From: Rhizaria sp. SCN 62-66
Taxonomy: Eukaryota
NCBI GenBank assembly: GCA_001724265.1
Contig: MEDY01000189.1
Span: 1 to 64,000, forward strand
Length of the DNA: 64,000 bases
Reading direction: 5' to 3'
In this document: piece after piece, positions 26,583 through 37,792 of the stretch
How the letters are laid out: each line of letters opens with the position of its first letter
Numbering within the stretch: the stretch's first letter is position 1
Program-made: the position numbers and the translations under genes
The notes under the pieces: generated by a model
What the model saw: the letters and a program-made list of their open reading frames with translations, nothing else
The model's database searches: none
Told to the model about the DNA's origin: nothing

Positions 26583-27049
26583 GTCTACAAAAATTTAAAG
26601 GCAGGACAATGTGGATGTTTTCGGTGCATTCGCATGACGGGATAAGGCGGTAGAGGAGACGAAAAAGGGGTACACGAAGGAGAGGGTTAGGAGGGGCTGC
26701 TTGAGATGAAAACCCCGGATGTCGATGTGCAACATAAACGCAACATAAGACACGACTAAAACAAAAATCGAATACTAACCACTCTGTTCCAGCCAATATC
26801 AATATGGTGGGCCAGTTTGATGATGGGAAATATGCTCTGTAGTCAATTCAACAATTGTGATACGTCGTCTGTCTCGCCTGTCGATGTCACACTTGTCACC
26901 ATCAAAACTGATGGGTCGGTCAATACGCACTGCGCGAATACGCGAAGAGATAACAATTGTTAGCTTCACGGGTCAAAACGGGTATATAAGTGAGCATTCC
27001 AGATATGATGTGTTTTATGGTTGTTGGTTTGGGGGTTTGGGGGGATGGG

Positions 27050-30000
27050 AGGCGTTGAAAAACGCCATAGGGTCGACTTACATTTCAACAAAGCAACCAG
27101 GAACCTGTCTGTAACCGTACTGTGAAAACCGTACTTTAGACTTCTTACTGCTGCAACACACCTACGCGGAGAGCGAGAACCGTTACTATCGCGGGGCGGA
27201 GCTAAGGCTCGGAGCGAGAAAGGAACAGAGAGCGAGAGACCACACTAACTAACTAAACTAAACTTGGGTCAGAGCGAACGGCTTTACATTCAGGCACTTA
27301 TCACCACATCTTCACACTGATTAATACGATAGAGACTAACCAACGATTGCTTAACTACTGCGGGAACAGAAAGGAAGCGGGTCGACTTGCGTTACTCGGA
27401 GGCACACACACTCGCACACAGGGATCAAGCGCGCTACAGATACACTACAGAGGTGGCTTCGGCTTCGGAACTTAACTGGGTCTTTCACACGGGCACTACA
27501 TTACTGCAAACTACCACACTGGCTGGAATTCAGATATACAGGCGACAAGTACAATACAACAACACTGCTGCGGCAACTATGACGCAACACTACGGCTGGC
27601 TACTGATGGAACTGTGACTGAGACTACTAGGGCTACTGGGCGTCGAGCGCGAGGGAGCGGACTGCTGGTTGTGGGGAGAGGAACACTGTGGCTGCTGAGG
27701 ATCAGTGATACGGCTACGGCTACTGAGAGTGAGAGGGATGAACGACTGCGACTACCGGGGAGACATGTGAATGGCCATGATTTGATGTGATATAATGATG
27801 CGAACCAACCGAGAGAGGCACCGAAACGAAGCTAATTACTACTGGGCAACTACTACTGTAACACACTACGGACTCAAGAGGCAACATAAGAACGAGCTAT
27901 AAGAAGCGATGATGGCAGCGGCGGAGGCAAAGACGCGCAAACCGACGAAGGCAAGCAAGAACGGAGCGAGAAGCTGAGAGCAGGCAAGAAACCAGCAACA
28001 ATACACGACTACTTGGGCGCACAGGGCACAGGAACCGAACCGATGGCGAGACAACGGATAACTAACGAGAGAGACAAGAAGGATCTTACACAAGAAGCGA
28101 GCAGCGAGCGAGGCAACGGGACGCAGAAAACAACCAACTAACTAAAACTACTACGTACAACGACAGTAACAGCAAGCGAGGGGGTCTAACCGACGTAACA
28201 CCAGAAAACCAGCAACGAAGACTTACAGCTAACCATGGTAACGTGACACTAACTTGGATTCACACGGATTATTATCAATCATACACAACACACCAGAGGG
28301 ACAACAACACAGGCAGAAGGGATGAGATGGAAACGAGAGCGTCTACTACAACTACAGCTACGGCTTAACTTACTTACATACGACGAAGAAGCGAACTTAC
28401 ACCGGGAACACGCACACAACACCCACATATTTCACGCACACAGAAAGATAACCTGCGGCGGCTGACTTATACTGATAGACTTACGAGCGAACTTCGACGA
28501 GCGGATTGACTTACAGCAACAGACACACACAGAGCGGCAACGAGGGGTACGACTACGGAGACAAACAGCAAACAGCAAGCAAACACGGGACAGCTAGCAC
28601 TCACAGGCAACACGGGCGGCAACAGGACCCGGGGGCGGATCTTACGGACTCACTCTGTTTCGCAGAAAGCAACAGGCACACATACGCAGACACACAGGGA
28701 CAACACAGGGGCAGACGCACCTTCACTAAACCGAGTTCCAAGAATGCAGCGACAGCGACAGCTACACAGGCACAGGAACGCAGGCACAAGGCTAGCAAGC
28801 AGGCGGAGACAACGAATGTACAGGCAGACTGAGAGATACACAGGCAGCGAGGGATAGTGCGAACGAATATAATGGGGCCAACGAGGTGAAACTACGACAG
28901 CATATAAACCAAAGAGCGCAACAACTGAGCAACTGAAGGGTATGTGGGGGAGGGGACACTACAACGGCTAGTAACAGCAACTATCGGATCGAAGGAGAGG
29001 AACACTACTATCGTCATCGTCAATATGGGTCGAATAGAGGGACAGCGGAACACCGAGGGCTGCGGGGAACACCAGAGAGAGAAAGAAAAAAGAAATGGGC
29101 AACAAGACAACACTGCGAAAGCTTTAGTACTATGCTTATTAGGAAACGACATCACTCTTACCATAACGCACAACTAGCAAAAACTACATTTTCCTACACG
29201 AGCGAGTGAGAGAGAACAGCGCGTCTACAGCGGCGGCGGCGGAGCGGGACGGAACCGAAGGGAGCCAAGCTAAACCTAAACGACTAGGGGAGCGGAGAGC
29301 GGAATATGGGGACTACCAGGCAGGCAAGCGAGCAAGCAAGCAAGGACATGGCAACACACGAGAGACACACACACAGAGCGATTGGGACGGAGGGTGCAAC
29401 AACACAGACTAGCTGTGATGAAAACATCAACATACAACACAGTCAGCGGGATCAATCAGGGAAAACACAAGCACAGGCAGAGGCAAACACACCATTAAGC
29501 ACGTAGGCACATGATACACACACGCAAATAACTAAGTCGGTCAAGAGAGCAAAGGAAACGGTCCATAGTCGGTCGGTCGGCGTCGGCGTCAGTGTTAACA
29601 GTCAATCAGTGATCGTCATCAATCAGTCAAGGCGGAATGCAAGTGAGTGAGTCAGTTGAGTCAGGTCATCATCATCGTAGCAGCAAGTGGAGGGGCGCGC
29701 GCGGGCAGGCCGGCAGCTAGAGAGCAACGGCAGCGGCGGCGGCAGCAGCGCACTTGAGCGAGCGAGTGAGTGAGAGAAAGCGAGAGAGCTAAAAAAAAGC
29801 GAGTGATACAGGAACACGCACGCACAAATGATTGAAAAGGGAGTCAAAGGGGCGAATGGCAAAGGGCCGTCTCGCGCTGGCAGTGGCCGCTGGAAGGGGC
29901 GCTGCTGCTGGCGATGAGGGCGCGCTTTGGCTGTGGCTGTCGTCGGAGAGATAGGTCGAGGCGAGAGCGACTATGATCGCCGCAGTAGCGACCACGTCAG

Positions 30001-31150
30001 CATCATCGGGGTTGTTGAAAAACAAGAAACACAACATAGGGATAACGAACACAAAAGAGGGGGGATGCGCTTCACAAACAAAAAAGGACACACACACACA
30101 CACAAGGAGCAAAGAGGAAGGAGCAAGTTAAGTCTCAAAGAGGTACTACACTACTGCTGCAACTGCTAGATCGTCGTTGATGGTGCAAATTCTGTGATTT
30201 GTCATTCCTGTCTTGGGGGCGTCAGGAGGGTGCGAGCTTAGAAACACTTTCCGTTTGGAGGGCTGGCTTTGCCGTGCGTCGTCGAAGGGGGCGGGAACCG
30301 AGCAGTAAACACACTTTCACAGTGAACCGGGGCTGGAGCAGAGCAGAGAGCTGACGGCCTGTGCGTCAGTTTCTGTCTACGGGGCATCAGGCATCCAAAC
30401 AACAAACACACTCAGAGCTTCTCACAAGGGACTACCACGACTTCAACACACACGCGCGTCTTTAGTTCGATATTCCGTATTTCTTGGTCGTTTTCAGATT
30501 CGTCTTTGCGAGGCCGGTAATACGAGAACCACACTGCAACTTGTTGCTTGCTTTCGAAGTACTTCGGTCAATCATTCCTTGATCACGTCATCGTCGTCAC
30601 GGTCGTCTTCTTGGGGACTCGGACTCGAGGGGCAAATCACGAACGGCGGCGTTGCGCGCACATTCAAGGTCTGCAGCAAGAGATAGAGCGAAGGCAAAGA
30701 AGGGAGCGAGAGAGCAAGAGAGGAGGAGCGAAGGCGAGGCGAGGCGCGAGCAGCGGAGCAACAAGGAGGAGGGTGGAACGAAACCGGACAGCAAAGAGGG
30801 CGAAGAGCGAGCGAGAAAAAGGAGAACGGGACACGGGAGGAAGAAGAAAGCAGTGCGATGCAAGATTGAGGGCGGATGAAGAGGGAAACCGGGGCAACGG
30901 CAGCAGCAGCGGGGCGGGCGAAAGGAGCAGAGGTCGGGTCAGGTTCGAGAAGCAGAGGCGAGATTGGGGCCAAAACGCAACAAACGTGGTCAAAAAGGAA
31001 CACCGGCGGCGCGGGGAAGGGGAACGGGGAAGCAAGGGTTAAACACGAGCAAAAGCGCGTTAGTAAGGGGGAACATTGGGGGCAGGAACATTGCGTAATG
31101 CCTTGGGGACAAGCGACGACAGGTCGACACATCTCACACCATCGCTCGAG
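27050..31150 (-). ncRNA. Candidate long non-coding transcription unit or very long 5' UTR/intron
   Basis: About 4 kb with no host-like ORF. Strong strand skew (A-rich/T-poor on +), matching the T-rich sense strand of introns and UTRs elsewhere in the window. On the minus strand: TACTAAC, a polypyrimidine tract ending in CAG, and clustered GTAAGT. Transcription is inferred only. Confidence 0.35.
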
Positions 31151-31876
31151 CGTCATTCGACGGCCATTTCTCACGAAAATGACCATGGAATGCTCTCACG
31201 AAATGCGAAACGTATTAAAACCCATCGAGATTGTCATTAGTGAATCTGTTCCAACAAGAAACAGGCGACAACAGCTATTTGCTGATGATTTTCGATCCGC
31301 CTCGACTCCCCCTCGTCATTCAAACCGCTGGTCGAAAGAAGTCAGGTCGCCGACGACGGTTGGTTGCTCACAGTCACCTTGGCCAACAACAACCACAAAC
31401 GACGAACCAACATAGACGGAAAACTTCGACTAGCTGGGCCGAGAGAGTTGTTGCCTTTTCGGCGTGCAGGAGTCGGGGATAGAGTCCGACAGGAGTGCAT
31501 GGGCGCTGGCAACACGCGTTGGCTATATTTCTTGCATGCTGTCTTGTTTTTGTGCTTTCACCCGAAGTTGATATTAATGCCAGTATGTCTTGCCGTTTCG
31601 CCTCTGCTCTTCAGTCCTGTCCAACCTAACGTAACCTCTGCTTGCTCTACAAATGTCACTCACTAACAAATTATATTCGGTATAGCGTTACAAGCGACCC
31701 TCACTTGCGTATCTGTACGTCCTGACTGCTACCAGTGCTTATCTGACACAGCTGGCCCTCTTCCCGCACCTGCTACCTCATCCGTTGACGTCGTCGCCGC
31801 TGTCGTCCACAGCCCACTCTCCGCCGCAGAAGCAGCGCAACGCCCGCCGTCTCTGTCCCAATCTTTGCCGCGCAGC

Positions 31877-33268
31877 ATGAGTAACCGCAATTCGAAGAAG
31901 AACAAGGGCTCTTCGGCCCGCGCTGTCCAGCAGCAGCAACAGCAACAGCCGCATCAGTTGCTGCCCGACAACGATGACTCCGCGGCCTCCGTGTCCGCGT
32001 CCGTCACGGCCTCGGCCGCTTTCCTCCCCACCCAGGCCCCCGGCGCCGCATCCACAATCCCTCTATCTTCCTCTTCTTCTTCTTCCTCGTCCTCGTCGTA
32101 TGCGCTTGCCGACGCAGCCGACCTCTCGTTCGCCCACTCGCCCGCGGGCGTCGCGCCCCGCAGCCTCCTCTCCGCCTCCGCCTCGACCTCGGCTGCCGGT
32201 GCTAGTGCTGGCGCTGGTGCTGGGCCCTCGACGGCGCCCTCCGCGGCGACAGGCTACCCAGGGCTGTACGCCGCCGCCGCTGCCGCCGACAACGCCGCAG
32301 CAGGGTCGGGCACTGCGACCGCGGAGACGCTCTACCTCGCGCGCCACGCCGCCGGCGCCCAGGGCCACGGCGGCGGCGGCGTGGTGCTGGTGCCCGGCTC
32401 CGCGCTGCCAACTATCACCGCCGCGGGCAGCGCGGCGCCGCTCTATGGCGCCCCCGGCTTCAACGGCGACAGCTTCGGCGGTCACAGCACCCGCCACGGC
32501 AACAGCGGCCTGTACCTGCAGAGCGGCGTCAGCGACTTCGGCGGCGCCGTCTCGCCCTACAACAACGCGGCGCTATTCACGCTCAACGCCAACGCGAGCA
32601 GCGACATTAGCAGCGGCGGCAACAACAACAACAGCAGCGGCAACACCAACTCTAGCAATACCGGCGGCGCGCGGCCCTCGGTGGTCGGCGCCCGCGCCCG
32701 CGCCGGCGTGGCGGGCCACAGCGACAGTCGCAGCGCGACGGCGCACTACGGCGGCGCGGCCTCCTACGGCGGCGGCGACGGCATGACCATGACCGTCACC
32801 CTCAACAGTAACAGCGCCAACGACGGGGAGCTGGGCGGGGACTTCGTGGTGGCGCGGGACGCGATCCTGACGGCGGCGCAGGACGATGCCCAGCGCTTGC
32901 TGCTGCAGCGCGTCAAGGGCCTCTGCGCCGCGCACCTCGTCGCGCTGGCGCTGCTGGTCTACTCGAAACTGTGGCCCGTGTCCCTCTTCTCGTACCTGGG
33001 CTTCCTCTGCGCGGGCGCGTACTGGCAACAGTTCCACCTGCAGCGCGCCAAGGCCGTCGCCATCCTGGGCGCCGTGCTGCTGCTGTCCTGGCTCGGCGTC
33101 GTCACCGCGTGCATCTACTTCCTCGCGTACCCAGTCACGGCGCTGGCCTGGTACGACACCATCGCGCTGTGCGCCGTCGTCGTTGACGCCGTCGTCGTCG
33201 TCCCCGTCGCGCTCTACAACGCATTCTGGCTCCATCGCTCGTACAGCTTCATGCTCATGGCCTTCTGA
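31877..33268 (+). CDS. Unknown membrane protein: disordered N-terminus plus about 4 C-terminal TM helices
   Basis: Single GC-rich ORF from ATG 31877 to TGA, with hydrophobic helices in the last ~115 aa. Confidence 0.8.
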   Translation: MSNRNSKKNKGSSARAVQQQQQQQPHQLLPDNDDSAASVSASVTASAAFLPTQAPGAASTIPLSSSSSSSSSSSYALADAADLSFAHSPAGVAPRSLLSASASTSAAGASAGAGAGPSTAPSAATGYPGLYAAAAAADNAAAGSGTATAETLYLARHAAGAQGHGGGGVVLVPGSALPTITAAGSAAPLYGAPGFNGDSFGGHSTRHGNSGLYLQSGVSDFGGAVSPYNNAALFTLNANASSDISSGGNNNNSSGNTNSSNTGGARPSVVGARARAGVAGHSDSRSATAHYGGAASYGGGDGMTMTVTLNSNSANDGELGGDFVVARDAILTAAQDDAQRLLLQRVKGLCAAHLVALALLVYSKLWPVSLFSYLGFLCAGAYWQQFHLQRAKAVAILGAVLLLSWLGVVTACIYFLAYPVTALAWYDTIALCAVVVDAVVVVPVALYNAFWLHRSYSFMLMAF

Positions 33269-34206
33269 GACTGAAACAACGTTCAGGTCACGCCGTTGTC
33301 TACAAAAAGCTGTGATAGAGTAGAGTGCATTATTTTGTTTGTTCTATCCCGACTTTGGATGCGTTTTTGTATTGTCTGTATCTGTTGGGTGACAGCTTGT
33401 GAGGCCATCGCGCGGTCTGCGTGCGTCGCTTTGTTTTTGTCCGTGACCGGTGACGAAACATGATAGATTTCCAAGGATTATTTCCGTTGTCTTGCATCAA
33501 TCAATACGTGGTCGTCAATTTGTGAGTTTTCTCAGTCTGCGAGATGATTATTTTGTTGTCTTGATTGGATTTTTCAATCACGCTGTTTTATTTTTTATCT
33601 TCAGATGAGCAGAAGACTTCAGTAGTTACTGCCTTTGGCCTCTTAATGTGTCGTCTGTCTGTCTGCTTATTTCTCCTCCGACTTCTCGCAAGTTCCTATT
33701 CTCGTTTTTTGTGGGCCACACAACTTCTGCATCGTGCATTTGTCCAAACGTGCTCTATTTGCTCTTTTTGTTTTCACTCCGTTGTCCTGTTGTATTGTTT
33801 AATTTTTAAAATCCCGTGATTCGGTTACCACACTTTTTTTTCTATCACTGATGTGCGTGATGCGATAAGCTTATGCATCCATATACACACTTGTATTTCA
33901 TCTCCCACCAACAAAGTTGATTACATGTACGTACGTAAATAGGATTGTTGAAATGAAGCTTTGTTGGAATTGTTATTAAACTCGCATATCCGTATGTATT
34001 TATCGTGAGCTCGCACTCGGCCGTGTGGTCTCTGAGCGAGCAGCACGCAGCGTTGGCACACAGAAAGCGCAAATGTTACGAGGGAGCGAGCAATTAAATA
34101 ATAACTACTATTATTATGAGTAAGATGTGAATATAAACAAAGATTGAGTCAAACAGACTGACGAGAGCACTCAGCCTCGGCGTCAGCGTCAGCGTCCGCC
34201 TCGGCC

Positions 34207-36330
34207 TTACTCATTCTTGCGGCTGGGGCGCGCGCGCGAGGCCGACTTGCGCGCGGGCGACGCGGCGCCGCGCTTGGCCTTGCCCTCGGAGGCGGACTCG
34301 GAGGCGGCGGTCTTGGCGGTGGCGGAGCGGCCGGCGCGGGCGCGCGCGGGGCTGCGGCTCTTGCTCTGGCCGCGCGCGGGGCTCTTGGCCGCGTCCTTGG
34401 CCGCCTTGGGCTTCGCGGGCGCGCGCGAGCGCGAGCGCGAGCGGGAGCGGGCAGCGGCCTTAGGCTCGGCCTTGGCCTCGGCCTCAGAGTCGGACTCGGA
34501 GGCCTCGGCGGTGGGGGCGGCGGCGGCGGCGGCGCGGCTGCGGGGGCGGCGCTCGGCCGCGGCGGAGGAGGCCACAACAGCGACGGCGACGGCGGCGGCA
34601 TTGGTGGCGGCGACGGCGGCGGCGCGCGCGGCGTCGGCGGCGGACTCGGCGGCGGCGACACGGAGGTGGTACTGCTCCGTGAGCTCGGAGTGCTGCGTCG
34701 CCGTTGGGTGGCGCGAGAGGATCTTGTACACGCCGCGCACGCAGTAGAGCACGTAGGCCGCGATCATCACCCACATCAGCACCCTGAGTCGAGACGTTGA
34801 AGTTGTAAGGAGAATGACAGGATTTGATGTGAGTAAGAGTTGACGACAACGATAAACGCTAATGTAAATAAACAAGGGAAACTAAGCATAAAACGCAATT
34901 TCACGGTTAATTACTAAAAAAAATCAATTGATTGTTAAACACTACTTATCGAGATGTCTAGTGTCGAAGGAATTGTGCGTACTTGTTCTGGTAGGCCATG
35001 GGCTCGTTGAACTCGCCGGCACCCATCTTAACGATGATGAGGACCTCGGTGAGGATGATGACGACGCAGAGAAAAGCCTGGCGGCCGATGGACTTGACCG
35101 TGGGGTCCGTCATGTAGAGGTAGAACTGGCGCAGGCACGGCATCGAGAACATGAACCAGAAGAAGAGGCTAAACAAGGAGCAACAAAGAGACATGAAGAA
35201 ATAGACATGTTAGTGAGTGACTTAGAAAATTGATTTCAAATAAAGCGCAAGTTCATATAACAGCCAAGTTCATGTTTAACTAAGTACAATCAATGCACCC
35301 AATAAAGATAGCACTATCCTGTTACTGTAGCAAGCAATGAGGCGTACCGCGTGAGGTTGAGGTAGTTGGTGGGTGGCAGCCAGAGAAGGGTCTTAAGGAA
35401 GAACGCGTTGAGCTCCTCGAGCGAGATGGCGACGATGAGCACGTGCATGCCGAAGAAACGCTTGAGCGAGTCGGCCTTGGGCCAGCGGACCTTGACCCAG
35501 GACTCGGGGGCCGCGAACTGCATAAGCACGCGGCGCGCCTTGGCCGAGTACGTGGGGTACTCGTGCACGCCCTTCCACGAGTAGGACATCATCTCGAAGC
35601 GGCGGCAGATCTGCTGGCCGACGTAGATGCCGAGCCCGTTGCAGATGAGCACGTCGAGCAGCCACTGGTCCCACCAGCACTCGGCGAAGTTGGGCAGCAT
35701 GTGCGTGAAGAGCATCTCGATGAACTCCCACATGATCGACAGCGTCCACAGCGTGGCCGTGTCGCGGATAATCAGCGCCTTAAGCGCCCAGCCGATGAAG
35801 TGCGAGGCCACGAAGGCGTCGACGTTGCTCCAGACGTTGGCGACGGTGAAGGCGCAGTCTGCGGCGTAACTCTTCTCGACCAGGGGCACGCCCAGCGACG
35901 AGTCGAAGAAGGTCATCATGCGGCGCGCGTCGGCCTTAGACTGAAAGAGGATGGCGATGAGGACGAGCTCGTAGATGACTGCGAAGCCGAAGGTGATGCG
36001 CCACAGGATCGGGTGCGGGCGGATGAAGGGGCCCGAGGGGAAGACCAGCATGCCCAGCACCAGGATGAAGACGCAGGCGGCGACGAAGGCCGTGCGCGAG
36101 TTCTGCACCCAGGTCGCAGCCTCGGCGTTGGTCGAGTAGGCGAGGTAGAGAATGGAGCCCATGACGGCGCAGATGGCGAGCACGGCGTGGGGCTTGTAGA
36201 GCCACGAGACAGTCACGTCGGGCACGTACTGCTCGTCCGCGTAGCCGCTCGAGATCGACGTCAGCGGCGCAGACATGTGTGCGGACGCGGGCGAGGCGGA
36301 GGCCCGGGATGCCATCTTGGAAGAGGACAT
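34207..36330 (-). CDS. Base-exchange phosphatidylserine synthase (PSS/PTDSS family) with basic RS/SPxR-rich tail, 3 exons
   Basis: Exons 36330-35348, 35168-34983 and 34783-34207; stop is TAA. Motifs GPFIRPHPILWR, EKSYAADC, DAFVASHFIGWALKALIIRD, WEFIE..HMLPNFAECWWD, DVLICNGLGI, ELNAFFLKTLLW. Confidence 0.95.
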
Positions 36331-37792
36331 CGAGAGACCTGGACGCATAGAAGCAAGCGGAAGGCGCGTCGTTCAGGCATGTGTTATGAGGTTGGGGGAG
36401 TGGAACGGGGAAAATGAAATATGCACGTGAGAAACCAAGTGTAATGGTGCAAATTATGAATATCCAAGTAGATCGACATTATTTGGATCAGTCACAGAAG
36501 GAGAAATTGAACTATCGGTCCTTCCGATGCAGAATATTCGATACCGCGCAAGCACTTTGAACCTTCGTCACGCAGCCCTCGATCGAGCGCGAAAGAACCT
36601 GGAGTGTTGCTCTAAACGAAGCTTAATACGACATGCTAATGAATATTCAAGATAATATACGTGTATTTCTGTCAACAACGGCGCTTCGTTTATTATACTA
36701 AAATGATGCGTTGATCGGGGCTGAATTTGATTGTTTTTTGTCGATATACTGAGGTGACGAGCCAATTGCCTGTGCACTGTCGCATCGTTGCATCCGCCGC
36801 ATACAACGCCAGCTACGCACAACTGTCGCTCTGATGAGTTTCACGTGGCACTTGGGATAAAACGTTTCTTTATTGCGCTACCACATTGCTTTGGCGTCCT
36901 TCAGCAACGTTTTCTACCTTGTTGTGGCGCTGGGGCGACTTGAACTAGCGTGTGTATGTTCAAGACGACATCAGAAAACTCGGCTTCTAGTCGCCACAGT
37001 TGCGTGTGAAAACCTCAGTGTCGCGTATAGCGCCCGCCCCAGATTGGCGATGACATTGATGTGACTGTGCAAGTGCCTGGTCGCGCTTGCGACGTGGATA
37101 ACTGCGACTGTGAAGGGGATTGGTGCTTCCTAACACACTCGCTCGACGGCTGGTGACCACGGGAAAATAACTGGCTCGGGCGACACATACCGTGTTGGCG
37201 CAATACCCACTTGACTCAGAGGGCAAATAAGTGTAGTAAATACAGTTTTGATGTGTTCGGTTCTTGAAACTTGGTTTATAGCGAGGTCCAGCTGCAGATA
37301 GCGAGCGACCACAATTGTGACTGACAACCGTTGCAGTTGGCATCGGGACGGAACGATACGAATATCATGCATATAACTGCAGCAAGTCCGTCGATAGTCG
37401 TGTTTGTATATTGCCTGCGTTTTAAGATGTGATTTATTCTATTATTACTTAATTGTACTGCTTGTTGGCATGAGTAAGTGTGCCAACTCGATCCAGGACA
37501 AGGTTGACGTCGAAGTCGACGTGTCGAGCGACGCGACGCTCGCCGTTTCATATATGCTGCCATATAACACGCGTTTCGACTTGTATCATGATTTGAACGC
37601 TTACACAACCTCACAAATACTATGTATATAACTTTTCTTTTTCTTAACTCCAACATTTGCTTGCGCAGCACTCTCCCGAGCGCGCGAGTCCTGCATTCTC
37701 GCGCCCCGCTCCGTCGCCCCCTCCGCCCTCGTCCCTGCAGAGCCTGTCTGGCTCTCGCGCCCGCTTCCCCGTTAACGCTGCTGCCGCCGCTT

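Noticed and set aside
37480-37550. Short coding-like patch (ANSIQDKVDVEVDVSSDATLAVS)
   Set aside because: Too short, with no supported splice sites or start to link it to a gene.
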